DNA from: Rhodoferax sp.
Lineage (GTDB): Bacteria > Pseudomonadota > Gammaproteobacteria > Burkholderiales > Burkholderiaceae_C
DNA length: 51,457 bases
Reading direction: 5' to 3'
NCBI GenBank assembly: GCA_031417575.1
Contig: JANOVW010000050.1
Coordinates: 1-51,457 of the forward strand
A program made the position numbers and the translations under genes. The notes under the pieces were generated by a model. That model was not told the origin of the DNA, did not search any database, and worked only from the letters and a program-made list of their open reading frames with translations. How positions within the stretch are numbered: the first letter of the stretch is position 1; each line of letters begins with the position of its first letter. Below are positions 1 to 7,939 of this stretch, in pieces.

Positions 1-232
1 GCGCTGCCGCCGGGGTTTGCTTGAAAACGATCTCTTCATCGAGCGTTTTTTCAAACGGTTTGAGTCAAGTTTGACAGTAGCACAGGCCGGCGGACTAACC
101 CGTTTGATGGACTTGAGTGACAATGATTTGATGGACTTGCACCTGCGCCGCAAGGAACTCAAAGACCTTGAAGATGCGCCCCAAGACGAAGATGCGCAGG
201 CCGTATTGCAGATGTTGAGAATCCTGAAATAG
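1..232 (+). CDS. sdhE: FAD assembly factor SdhE (DUF339), 5'-truncated at window edge
   Basis: The frame is open from the window edge (..RCRRGLLENDLFIERFF..). This matches the SdhE RGxxEnDLxL..F motif. The gene lies directly upstream of gltA, as at the end of sdhCDAB-sdhE-gltA clusters. Confidence 0.8.
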   Translation, partial: RCRRGLLENDLFIERFFKRFESSLTVAQAGGLTRLMDLSDNDLMDLHLRRKELKDLEDAPQDEDAQAVLQMLRILK

Positions 233-276
233 TGTTGAATTAAAGTAAAACCGAAGTGCAAAGCAAAGGGCAAAAA

Positions 277-1587
277 ATGAAACTATCAGACAACAAAGCC
301 ACCCTGTCGTTCAGCAACGGCAGCCCCAGCGTTGACATGCCCGTTTACAGCGGCACCATTGGCCCCGACGTGATCGACATCCGCAAGCTGTATGGCCAAA
401 CCGGCATGTTCACTTACGACCCGGGTTTTCTTTCAACCGCATCGTGTCAGTCCAACATCACCTTCATTGACGGTGACAAGGGCGAATTGCTCTACCGCGG
501 TTACCCCATTGAGCAGCTGGCAACGCAATGTGACTACATGGAAACCTGCCACTTGTTGCTGTACGGAGAGTTGCCCAACGCCGAGGGAAAGGCCAAATTC
601 AGCAAACTGGTCTCCATGCACACCATGGTGAATGAGCAGATGCAATTTTTCTTGCGCGGTTTCCGCCGTGACGCGCATCCCATGGCGATCATGACCGGCC
701 TGGTCGGCGCGTTGTCGGCCTTCTACCACGACAGCACCGACATCAACAACCCGCAGCACCGCGAGATCGCTGCCATCCGCCTGATCGCCAAAATGCCAAC
801 GCTGGTGGCCATGGCTTACAAATACACCGTGGGCCAGCCTTATATTTACCCGCGCAATGAACTGAGCTACGCCGGCAACTTTTTGCACATGATGTTCGCC
901 ACACCGTGCGAAGACTACAAAGTAAGCCCGGTGCTGGAACGCGCCATGGACCGCATCTTTACCCTGCATGCTGACCACGAACAAAACGCCTCCACTTCTA
1001 CCGTGCGCTTGTGCGGTAGCTCGGGCACGAACCCGTTTGCCGCCATTGCGGCAGGTGTAGCCTGCCTTTGGGGCCCGGCGCACGGCGGTGCGAATGAGGC
1101 GGCGCTGAACATGCTTGAAGACATCCAGAAGATGGGTGGCGTGGCCAAAGTTGGCGAGTTCATGGAGAAAGCCAAGGATAAAAACTCCGGCGTGAAGCTG
1201 ATGGGTTTTGGCCATCGCGTCTACAAAAACTACGACCCCCGCGCCAAACTCATGCAGGAAACCTGCAAGGAAGTGCTGGCCGAGCTGGGCCTGGAAAACG
1301 ATCCGCTCTTCAAGTTGGCCATGGCGCTGGAAAAAATCGCGCTCGAAGACGACTATTTCGTTTCCCGCAAGTTGTACCCCAATGTCGATTTTTACAGCGG
1401 CATTGTGCAACGCGCCATCGGCATCCCCGTGCCGTTGTTCACCGCTGTCTTCGCCCTCGCCCGCACCGTCGGCTGGATCGCCCAATTGAACGAAATGATC
1501 GGCGACCCGGAATACAAAATTGGCCGTCCGCGCCAGTTGTTCAGCGGCTCGGTGGCGCGGGATGTGGTGTCGCTGGCAAGTCGTTAG
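277..1587 (+). CDS. gltA: citrate synthase (type II)
   Basis: Carries citrate synthase signatures ([23 protein letters not shown]). ATG 277 has AAGGG 6 nt upstream. The longest ORF starts at GTG 256. Confidence 0.96.
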   Translation: MKLSDNKATLSFSNGSPSVDMPVYSGTIGPDVIDIRKLYGQTGMFTYDPGFLSTASCQSNITFIDGDKGELLYRGYPIEQLATQCDYMETCHLLLYGELPNAEGKAKFSKLVSMHTMVNEQMQFFLRGFRRDAHPMAIMTGLVGALSAFYHDSTDINNPQHREIAAIRLIAKMPTLVAMAYKYTVGQPYIYPRNELSYAGNFLHMMFATPCEDYKVSPVLERAMDRIFTLHADHEQNASTSTVRLCGSSGTNPFAAIAAGVACLWGPAHGGANEAALNMLEDIQKMGGVAKVGEFMEKAKDKNSGVKLMGFGHRVYKNYDPRAKLMQETCKEVLAELGLENDPLFKLAMALEKIALEDDYFVSRKLYPNVDFYSGIVQRAIGIPVPLFTAVFALARTVGWIAQLNEMIGDPEYKIGRPRQLFSGSVARDVVSLASR

Positions 1588-1594
1588 TCCGTCG

Positions 1595-1630
1595 ATTGGC
1601 AGCAAACGCTTTGCTGCCAATTTACCAAAT
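1595..1630 (+). terminator. intrinsic terminator of gltA
   Basis: A 12-bp perfect stem (attggcagcaaa-cgc-tttgctgccaat) lies 8 nt after the stop, followed by a T-rich tail. Confidence 0.75.
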
Positions 1631-1797
1631 TGTCAATCTAAAAAATTAATTGAATATTTTTAGATCGTTTATACTATTTAATAGATAGCTGTTACTGCCA
1701 TTATTTAGAGAACAATTTTCGGATAATACCAAACACTTATTTTTCAAACAAATAAATAGCCGTTAAGTGATCGTTTCGCGTGATTGTTTGCTGGCGG
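1631..1797. other. AT-rich island 1 (non-coding, convergent gene ends)
   Basis: About 25-30% GC by eye in a ~60% GC backbone. No ORF longer than 7 codons. Contains the AATAGATAG..CTGTTACT block shared with island 2. Confidence 0.7.
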
Positions 1798-2391
1798 CTA
1801 GCCTTTTCCCGAGGGCGGCAAGGCTTGCTTCAGCAGGCCAGACAGGCCTTCAAATGGTTTGGTTTGGGAGGCGGATGCGGCTTCAAAATCATCATCCTGC
1901 ACACTCAATTTGACGGGTACCGGGCAGGTTTCGTGTAGCGCAATCAGCGGGATGGCCATCAGCAGCTCATCCTCCACCAGCTCAGCCAGGTTGAATTGTT
2001 TGCTCAACACCAACAAATCTTCTTCGCTCTCGTCGTCGGCCGCTTCGGCTTCTTTTTCAGTCAACACAAAACGAAATGTGTAGCTGACATCCACCGCATG
2101 CGGGAACTCATTCAAGCACCGTTGGCAGGTTTGCGGCAAGCTGGTTTTCAGGCCCAATGCCAGCCACGGCTGCACATGCCCATCGGCAGCCGTCCGAGAA
2201 TCGAAAGTGGCCACCCATTGCACCTGCCCGTCGGGCTGCAAACCAGGCAATTCCGCGACCAGGCGCGGGTAGTTTTGCAACAGGTCACACCCGGCCAGCC
2301 GGGTTGAGGCCGTTGCGAGTGACTTGACATCCAGCCGGCTGGGGACAGGCTGGGGTGGTGCCGATGTGGCGGGGTGTAAGCTAGGAGGCAT
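1798..2391 (-). CDS. yceD: YceD/DUF177 family protein (23S rRNA accumulation protein)
   Basis: C-terminal CxxC..C, an acidic stretch and ..LLMAIPLIALHE.. are typical of DUF177. It is divergent from maf, as in Burkholderiales. The ATG at 2391 is preferred; the longest ORF starts at TTG 2409. Confidence 0.85.
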   Translation of the reverse strand: MPPSLHPATSAPPQPVPSRLDVKSLATASTRLAGCDLLQNYPRLVAELPGLQPDGQVQWVATFDSRTAADGHVQPWLALGLKTSLPQTCQRCLNEFPHAVDVSYTFRFVLTEKEAEAADDESEEDLLVLSKQFNLAELVEDELLMAIPLIALHETCPVPVKLSVQDDDFEAASASQTKPFEGLSGLLKQALPPSGKG

Positions 2392-2416
2392 CAAGGCAGT
2401 GTAAGACAATCACACG

Positions 2417-3073
2417 ATGCCTCTGCCTTCTACATCGACTCCTTCCGCGCATTCCAGTACCCACCCAGGTAGTACACCAACGACCCAACGCCTACTGGTA
2501 CTGGGCTCCACGTCAGCCTACCGCCGCGAATTGTTGCAGCGGCTGCGGTTGCCGTTTGAGGTGGCTTCGCCGGAGGTAGACGAAACGCCCTTGCCCGGCC
2601 CACAACCTGAAGCCCCGCGTGCGCTGGCGCTGCGCCTTGCGCTGGCCAAAGCCCGTGCCGTGGCCGCGCGCTACCCACAAGCGGTGGTAATCGGCTCGGA
2701 TCAGGTGGCAGATCTGGATGGCACGCCACTGGGCAAGCCGGGTGACCACGCCCGCGCCACCCTGCAATTGCGCGCCATGCGCGGCAAAACCGTGGTGTTT
2801 CAAACAGCGCTGGCGGTCGTTTGTCTGGAAACCGGTTTTGAGCAAGTAGATCTAGCCGCCGTCAAGGTACGCTTTCGAAACCTGACAGACACCGAAATCG
2901 AGGCCTATTTGCACGCCGAGCAGCCCTATGATTGCGCGGGCAGCGCCAAAAGCGAAGGCCTGGGTATCGCCCTGCTGGACGCCATCGACAGCGACGACCC
3001 CACCGCCTTGGTCGGCCTGCCACTCATCCGCACCTGCCAAATGATCCGCGCCGCCGGGATCGCCGTTTTATGA
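2417..3073 (+). CDS. maf: Maf-like nucleoside triphosphate pyrophosphatase
   Basis: Carries the Maf motifs LVLGSTSAYRRELL, GSDQV and CAGSAKSEGLG. Confidence 0.93.
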   Translation: MPLPSTSTPSAHSSTHPGSTPTTQRLLVLGSTSAYRRELLQRLRLPFEVASPEVDETPLPGPQPEAPRALALRLALAKARAVAARYPQAVVIGSDQVADLDGTPLGKPGDHARATLQLRAMRGKTVVFQTALAVVCLETGFEQVDLAAVKVRFRNLTDTEIEAYLHAEQPYDCAGSAKSEGLGIALLDAIDSDDPTALVGLPLIRTCQMIRAAGIAVL

Positions 3074-3864
3074 GCGCGGGGGCCTTGTATCTGGTCCCGG
3101 CCCCGCTGGATTTTGGGTGCGACGTTCAGGCCGAATTGCAGGATGTACTGCCCCAAAAGACCCTGCAAATCGCCTCGCAACTGCAACACTGGATTTGTGA
3201 AAACGCCAAAAGCACACGGGCTTATCTCAAACGGGTCGACGCCTTGCATCCGCTGAAACATCCGGTTCAGCAATTGAATATCCAGGAGTTGCCTCGCGCC
3301 GTGCACAAAAAGGGCGATCACGTGGTACCCCCCGCAGGCGGCAAATCGGCCGCAGGTGCCGCGCCATTCGATGCCAAACCGCTGCTGGCGGCCTGCCTGC
3401 AAGGGCATGATGTGGGCTTGGTCAGTGAAGCTGGCATGCCCGCCGTGGCAGATCCTGGCTCATCTGTGGTTCGGGCAGCCCATGATTTGGGCATTGCCGT
3501 GGTGCCGCTGGTCGGGCCCGTGTCGTTGTTGCTGGCGCTGGCTGCCAGTGGTTTGAACGGCCAAAATTTTGCGTTTGTTGGTTATCTGCCAACCGACGCA
3601 GCCGAACGCGGCAAACGGATTCGGGAACTGGAGGCGATGGCGCTCAAAACCGGGCAAACCCAGCTCTTCATCGAAACGCCTTACCGCAACCAGGCGTTAT
3701 GGCAGGCGCTGCTGCAAACCCTGCAACCCGCCACCCGGCTGGCCACCAGCGCGGCGCTCACACTCAGCCACGCGGCAAACCAGTCTTACAGCGTCAAAGC
3801 CTGGAAGGCCAAAACGCCACAGCTGGACAACCGCACGCCCACGGTGTTTTTGATCGGACCCTGA
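3070..3864 (+). CDS. SAM-dependent methyltransferase, tetrapyrrole-methylase/RsmI-like family
   Basis: ATGA overlap with the maf stop. GLVSEAGMPAVADPG resembles the RsmI SDAGTPxISDPG motif. Confidence 0.85.
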   Translation: MSAGALYLVPAPLDFGCDVQAELQDVLPQKTLQIASQLQHWICENAKSTRAYLKRVDALHPLKHPVQQLNIQELPRAVHKKGDHVVPPAGGKSAAGAAPFDAKPLLAACLQGHDVGLVSEAGMPAVADPGSSVVRAAHDLGIAVVPLVGPVSLLLALAASGLNGQNFAFVGYLPTDAAERGKRIRELEAMALKTGQTQLFIETPYRNQALWQALLQTLQPATRLATSAALTLSHAANQSYSVKAWKAKTPQLDNRTPTVFLIGP

Positions 3865-3911
3865 ACGCTGTCGAACCCATTGCCAATAGCAGCCCGCTTG
3901 AATGACTGGAA

Positions 3912-5063
3912 TCAGCGCAGCGCCGGCACGGCATTCATCATGCGCAGCGCCTTGGCTCCGCCTTCGCCGATAGACGCACCAAATCGCTTGGCCAGACGTT
4001 CGGCCACGTTGTCGCGCCGGGTGTAATCAATCAGGTCTTCGGCTTTGACAACTTCACGGGCGACGAAATCCAAGCTTCCCAGCTGGTCGGCCAGCCCCAG
4101 CTCAATCGCCTGCTGGCCGCTCCAGAACAGGCCACTGAACATCTCATGCGTTTCTTTCAGGCGTTTGCCACGCCCAGCTTTCACCACGTCAATAAACTGC
4201 TTGTGGATCTGGTCCAGCATGGTTTGCGCAAACGCGCGCTGCTTTTCGGTTTGCGGGCTGAAGGGGTCCAGGAAGCCTTTGTTCTCGCCGGCTGTCATCA
4301 AACGCCGTTCCACCCCTAGTTTGTCCATCAGGCCGGTGAAACCAAACCCGTCCATCAGCACGCCAATGGAGCCGACGATGCTGGCCTTGTCGACGTAAAT
4401 TTTGTCTGCCGCAACGGCGATGTAATAGGCCGCCGAGGCGCAGGTTTCTTCCACCACGGCGTACACCGGTTTTTTGTGTTTGGCCTTGAGCCGGATGATT
4501 TCATCATTGATGATGCCAGCCTGCACCGGGCTGCCGCCCGGTGAATTGATCAGCAACACGACCGCCAACGCACCTTCGTCTTCAAACGCGGCCCGCATGG
4601 CGTTGACGATCAGATCGGCGCTGGCCTCACCGCCGGAAGCGATTTCGCCCTTGATTTCCACCACGGCGGTGTGGGGTTTGCTCACATCCTGGCTGGCGCC
4701 ACCTTTGCCAACGGCCATCCAGGTGAGGTAGACGAAAAAAGTGAGCCAGGCCAGAGCGACAAATGTCTTCCAGCGTCGCCGGGACTTTTGCTCATGCAAC
4801 GAGGCAAACGCCAGCTTTTCAAGCACGGCACGGTCAGAAGGGCTGTTTTCCATATTTTGGCTTTTTAATTCACTTTTATTATGCAAATTTGCTACATTAT
4901 CAATATCTAATTGTTGCTTATCTGTATCAACAAATTCGGGTATTTTATTTTCAAAAATACTTCTATGTATATTTTCAGACAGTTTTACGGTGTCTGGTTC
5001 CTTCGGGCCATCTTGGCCTTGCGGATTAACGGGTGGTTCCGGGTTCATGGGGTGGGGTTCCAA
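3912..5063 (-). CDS. sppA: signal peptide peptidase SppA, 36K type (S49 family)
   Basis: Has the S49 core (LLINSPGGS, CASAAYYIAVAADKIY, GSIGV) after one TM helix. The start is uncertain: TTG 5063, ATG 5048, or ATG 4853 if the AT-rich 5' part is not translated. Confidence 0.9.
   Translation of the reverse strand: MEPHPMNPEPPVNPQGQDGPKEPDTVKLSENIHRSIFENKIPEFVDTDKQQLDIDNVANLHNKSELKSQNMENSPSDRAVLEKLAFASLHEQKSRRRWKTFVALAWLTFFVYLTWMAVGKGGASQDVSKPHTAVVEIKGEIASGGEASADLIVNAMRAAFEDEGALAVVLLINSPGGSPVQAGIINDEIIRLKAKHKKPVYAVVEETCASAAYYIAVAADKIYVDKASIVGSIGVLMDGFGFTGLMDKLGVERRLMTAGENKGFLDPFSPQTEKQRAFAQTMLDQIHKQFIDVVKAGRGKRLKETHEMFSGLFWSGQQAIELGLADQLGSLDFVAREVVKAEDLIDYTRRDNVAERLAKRFGASIGEGGAKALRMMNAVPALR
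4855..4995 (-). other. AT-rich segment 3, in frame within the sppA 5' region
   Basis: About 140 bp of AT-rich DNA encodes SENIHRSIFENKIPEFVDTDKQQLDIDNVANLHNKSELKSQN with codons alien to the host (ATA, AGA, TTA). The sppA frame stays open across it. Confidence 0.6.
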
Positions 5064-5084
5064 TCAGATGCAATGCGGTCAGCA

Positions 5085-5480
5085 TCAAAACTCGACCGGC
5101 TTAAAACGAGAGTTGCTGACCCAGTGCACCACGCCTTGGCGTTCATCAACACCCAGCTTGACCAGCCCGCCCTGACATGGCCCACCGACACACTCGCCGG
5201 TGCTGGGGTGGTACATGGCGCCATGGGTGGCACATATCAGCCACTGGCCACTGCTGTCAAAAAAACGGTTGGGCTGGTAATCCATTTCCATCGGAATGTG
5301 GGCACAGCGGTTTAAATAGGCTTGAGCCTGGCCCTCAAACCGAATCGCAAACCCGCGGCAGGTTTGCCCCTGGTAAACCACGTCAAATGGCACGGCGTCG
5401 GCGCTTTCCTGTAAATCACCCGAATTGCACAACGCAATCGGTGTCTCTGCTTCGTCGTTTAAGGCGCTGGTTTCAGCCAT
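5085..5480 (-). CDS. Rieske (2Fe-2S) domain protein
   Basis: Has the CAHIP..H and CATHGAMY (CxH..CxxH) ligand boxes. ATG 5480 overlaps the HAD gene stop by 8 nt. Confidence 0.88.
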   Translation of the reverse strand: MAETSALNDEAETPIALCNSGDLQESADAVPFDVVYQGQTCRGFAIRFEGQAQAYLNRCAHIPMEMDYQPNRFFDSSGQWLICATHGAMYHPSTGECVGGPCQGGLVKLGVDERQGVVHWVSNSRFKPVEF

Positions 5481-6246
5481 ATTGCACCAGCCAATCCTGT
5501 AGCTCGCGCACTGAATGGGCCACAAAGCGGGGGCTTAAATCACCAAATGACGCGTGGGCGTGGGCACCGTAACTCACACCCACGCTGGCGCAACCGGCAT
5601 TGCGGGCCATCAGCAAATCATGGGTGGTGTCGCCAATCATCAAGGTGCGTTCGGGCGGCACACCAAACTCAGCCATCAGCTCATGCAGCATCAGCGGGTC
5701 GGGTTTGCCACGGGTCTGATCGGCCGTGCGTGAACCATCAAACAGCCCCACCAATTCGGCATGGTGCAGGGCATCGTCCAGACCCACGCGGTTTTTGCCC
5801 GTAGCCACGGCGAGCAGGTGCTGGCGCGCCTTCAACACACCCAGCATCGTCACCACGCCATCAAACAGGCTGATGTCGTTCATTCGCAAACGGTAATGGT
5901 GGCGATACCGCAAGCCCAGTTCGGCGTGTTTTTCCGGGGGTACATCGGGTGCTGCGTGCGCCAATGCAGGCAGCAACGCAAGGCCAATGACATACGAAGC
6001 GGCCTCGTTGCTCGGAACGGTTCCCCCGACATCGCGCACCGCCTCTTGCAGGCACGTGGTGATGATGGCGGTGGAATCGGACAAGGTGCCGTCCCAGTCA
6101 AAGGCAATCAGGTCAAATTGACGGGATGATGGCAAACCAGTGCGTTGCACAAAGGTGGTCACGATTGAAGAGGTCTTTCCATAGCGGCAGGTTTTGGGAG
6201 TATTTGCTGGGTTTTTGCGGGTTTCGGGTTTTACAGGCTTTGGCAT
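5473..6246 (-). CDS. HAD-superfamily hydrolase (phosphoglycolate phosphatase-like)
   Basis: Has the DWDGTL motif I and a C-terminal GDTxHD motif. It sits in the conserved position between rluC and the Rieske gene. Confidence 0.88.
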   Translation of the reverse strand: MPKPVKPETRKNPANTPKTCRYGKTSSIVTTFVQRTGLPSSRQFDLIAFDWDGTLSDSTAIITTCLQEAVRDVGGTVPSNEAASYVIGLALLPALAHAAPDVPPEKHAELGLRYRHHYRLRMNDISLFDGVVTMLGVLKARQHLLAVATGKNRVGLDDALHHAELVGLFDGSRTADQTRGKPDPLMLHELMAEFGVPPERTLMIGDTTHDLLMARNAGCASVGVSYGAHAHASFGDLSPRFVAHSVRELQDWLVQYG

Positions 6247-6249
6247 GGG

Positions 6250-7248
6250 TCAATTTGAAACCGGCACAAATTGCGCCAATTCGGTTGGCAACGCAGCATG
6301 CAACTCACAGCGCTCACCCGTGGCAGGATGGGTGAACTGTAACCGCCAAGCGTGCAGGTACATGCGTTTCAAACCCTGTTTTTGCAAGGCTTTGTTCACC
6401 TCAAAGACGCCATATTTGTCGTCGCCGGCTATCGGAAAACCTTCGCTGGCCAGATGCACCCGGATTTGGTGCGTGCGCCCGGTCTTGATGGTTACTTCAA
6501 GCTGGGTGAACTCTGCACCCTGGCGTTCCAGACGCTGCACCACTTTGACCAATGTCACGGATTTCATGCCATCCGGATCGTCTTTGGCGGTTACCCTCAC
6601 GCGCCGCTCGCCATCTTGCCCGTCCTTACCCGGCAGCAGAAATTTGACAAGGGGTTTGTCCAACACCTTTTTGTTACCCGGCCATTTGCCCACCACCAGT
6701 GCGAGGTAGGTTTTGCCGGTTTCACGATCCCGGAACTGGTCTTGTAATTGGGTCAGCGCCGAGCGCTTTTTGGCCACCAGCAAGACGCCGCTGGTTTCCC
6801 GGTCCAGGCGATGCACCAATTCGAGGAACTTGGCTTGTGGCCGGGCGCGACGCAATTGTTCAATCACGCCAAAACTGACCCCGCTGCCCCCGTGCACGGC
6901 CACGCCGGCGGGCTTTTCGAGGGCGATCAGGTGGTCATCTTCAAAAAGACTGGGGAACTCCCGGGCGGGCGCGGGCAATTGCGCCATCAACTCGGCCTTC
7001 TGCTCCACCTTGTCCGACACGCGGATGGGCGGAATTCGAACCACATCGCCCGTGGCCACGCGAGAATCTGCTTGCGCCCGACCCTTGTTCACCCGCACCT
7101 CGCCACTTCGAATAATGCGGTAAACATGGGTTTTGGGCACACCTTTCAGATGGCGAAGCAAAAAATTGTCCAGTCGCTGGCCATCGGCGTTTTCATCCAC
7201 GGTTACCAAAGTGGCCGAAAGCGCAGAGCCAACGACCTGATTTAGCAC
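6250..7248 (-). CDS. rluC: 23S rRNA pseudouridine synthase RluC (RluA family with S4 domain)
   Basis: S4 domain plus the HRLDRETSGVLLVAKK catalytic motif. It is divergent from rne, as in E. coli. GTG 7248 has GAGG 7 nt upstream and gives an E. coli-like N-terminal length. The longest ORF reaches TTG 7329, which lies inside a hairpin. Confidence 0.88.
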   Translation of the reverse strand: MLNQVVGSALSATLVTVDENADGQRLDNFLLRHLKGVPKTHVYRIIRSGEVRVNKGRAQADSRVATGDVVRIPPIRVSDKVEQKAELMAQLPAPAREFPSLFEDDHLIALEKPAGVAVHGGSGVSFGVIEQLRRARPQAKFLELVHRLDRETSGVLLVAKKRSALTQLQDQFRDRETGKTYLALVVGKWPGNKKVLDKPLVKFLLPGKDGQDGERRVRVTAKDDPDGMKSVTLVKVVQRLERQGAEFTQLEVTIKTGRTHQIRVHLASEGFPIAGDDKYGVFEVNKALQKQGLKRMYLHAWRLQFTHPATGERCELHAALPTELAQFVPVSN

Positions 7249-7329
7249 CGGTTTGACCTCTATAATGTGTTGCACTAGCGTTTTGCTGTAAGTGGTTGAT
7301 TTGATTGCTGGTTGGCCTAAAAAGGCCAA

Positions 7330-7939
7330 TCACTCTCTCGGGGCCAGATGACAAAATAGAGTCAAAAGGTTCCGGCAAGCCGGTTTCAGGGGCTGAACAA
7401 GTTTAGTTCAGCCCAGGTCACAACCGTCTCTAACCGCCTCCAACCGTCTGATGGCAACGCTGGCACAAGTCGATGCCCCTAGTCGATTCTCACGCAGACC
7501 CCATGCCAGATGCCTGTGGTGGTTTGAGAATCAACCAGCCAAACCGACGCATTGAAATCAAGAAACGGAATACCAAGTTTGCAGACAACAATTCTGCAAA
7601 CGGATCGAAGCGAGATGTTTGTGATGGTCAGCCTGATTCAACTTTGCCGGTGGGGCGTTTTCGCCTTGCTTTCAGGCATTCGTCAGCGCCTGACCCAATC
7701 TGCACCCGTTAACCGGGCGCTCACTGTTGCCACTACTGCTGGCGCAGCGCCTTCACCAACGCATCCCCTCGCTACCCTCCACGCGCCTGCGCCACCCCTC
7801 AGATTTTTCAAATCCTGAGCGGCGGTCTTTCGGCTTTTCCTCCTCTTTTCAACGCGTTTGCCCGGCATCTGTGTTCTGTAATGGGCCGTTTGACCCCGCA
7901 TTTAAGCGGGGTCTGGAAAAACGCAAGAAGGAGAACCGC
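7330..7939 (+). promoter_or_regulatory. long structured rne 5' leader / rluC-rne divergent control region
   Basis: A 610-nt gap with several strong hairpins: gggctgaac..gttcagccc at ~7391-7416, tttgcaga..tctgcaaa at ~7578-7600, and gaccccgc..gcggggtc at ~7893-7914. rne genes are known to carry long autoregulatory leaders. Confidence 0.55.

Noticed and set aside
433-1620. Long antisense ORFs opposite real genes: 395 aa opposite gltA, 292 aa opposite argH (20905-21783), 333 aa opposite ntrC (45681-46682), 627 aa opposite glnA (48447-50330), and many 60-250-aa examples.
   Set aside because: These are typical shadow ORFs of GC-rich coding DNA. Their products are Arg/Gly/His/Val-rich with no recognisable motifs, whereas the opposite strand encodes unmistakable conserved enzymes.
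1687-1710. The minus-strand mini-ORF ATGGCAGTAACAGCTATCTATTAA (MAVTAIY*) resembles the start of rpmF (MAVQQNK..).
   Set aside because: Only the first three codons match. There is no RBS and no further L32-like sequence, so this is most likely coincidence in AT-rich DNA.
7473-7818. ORFs of 79 and 88 aa inside the rluC-rne spacer.
   Set aside because: They have no RBS and odd composition, and they overlap strong hairpins. The region is better explained as the rne leader.
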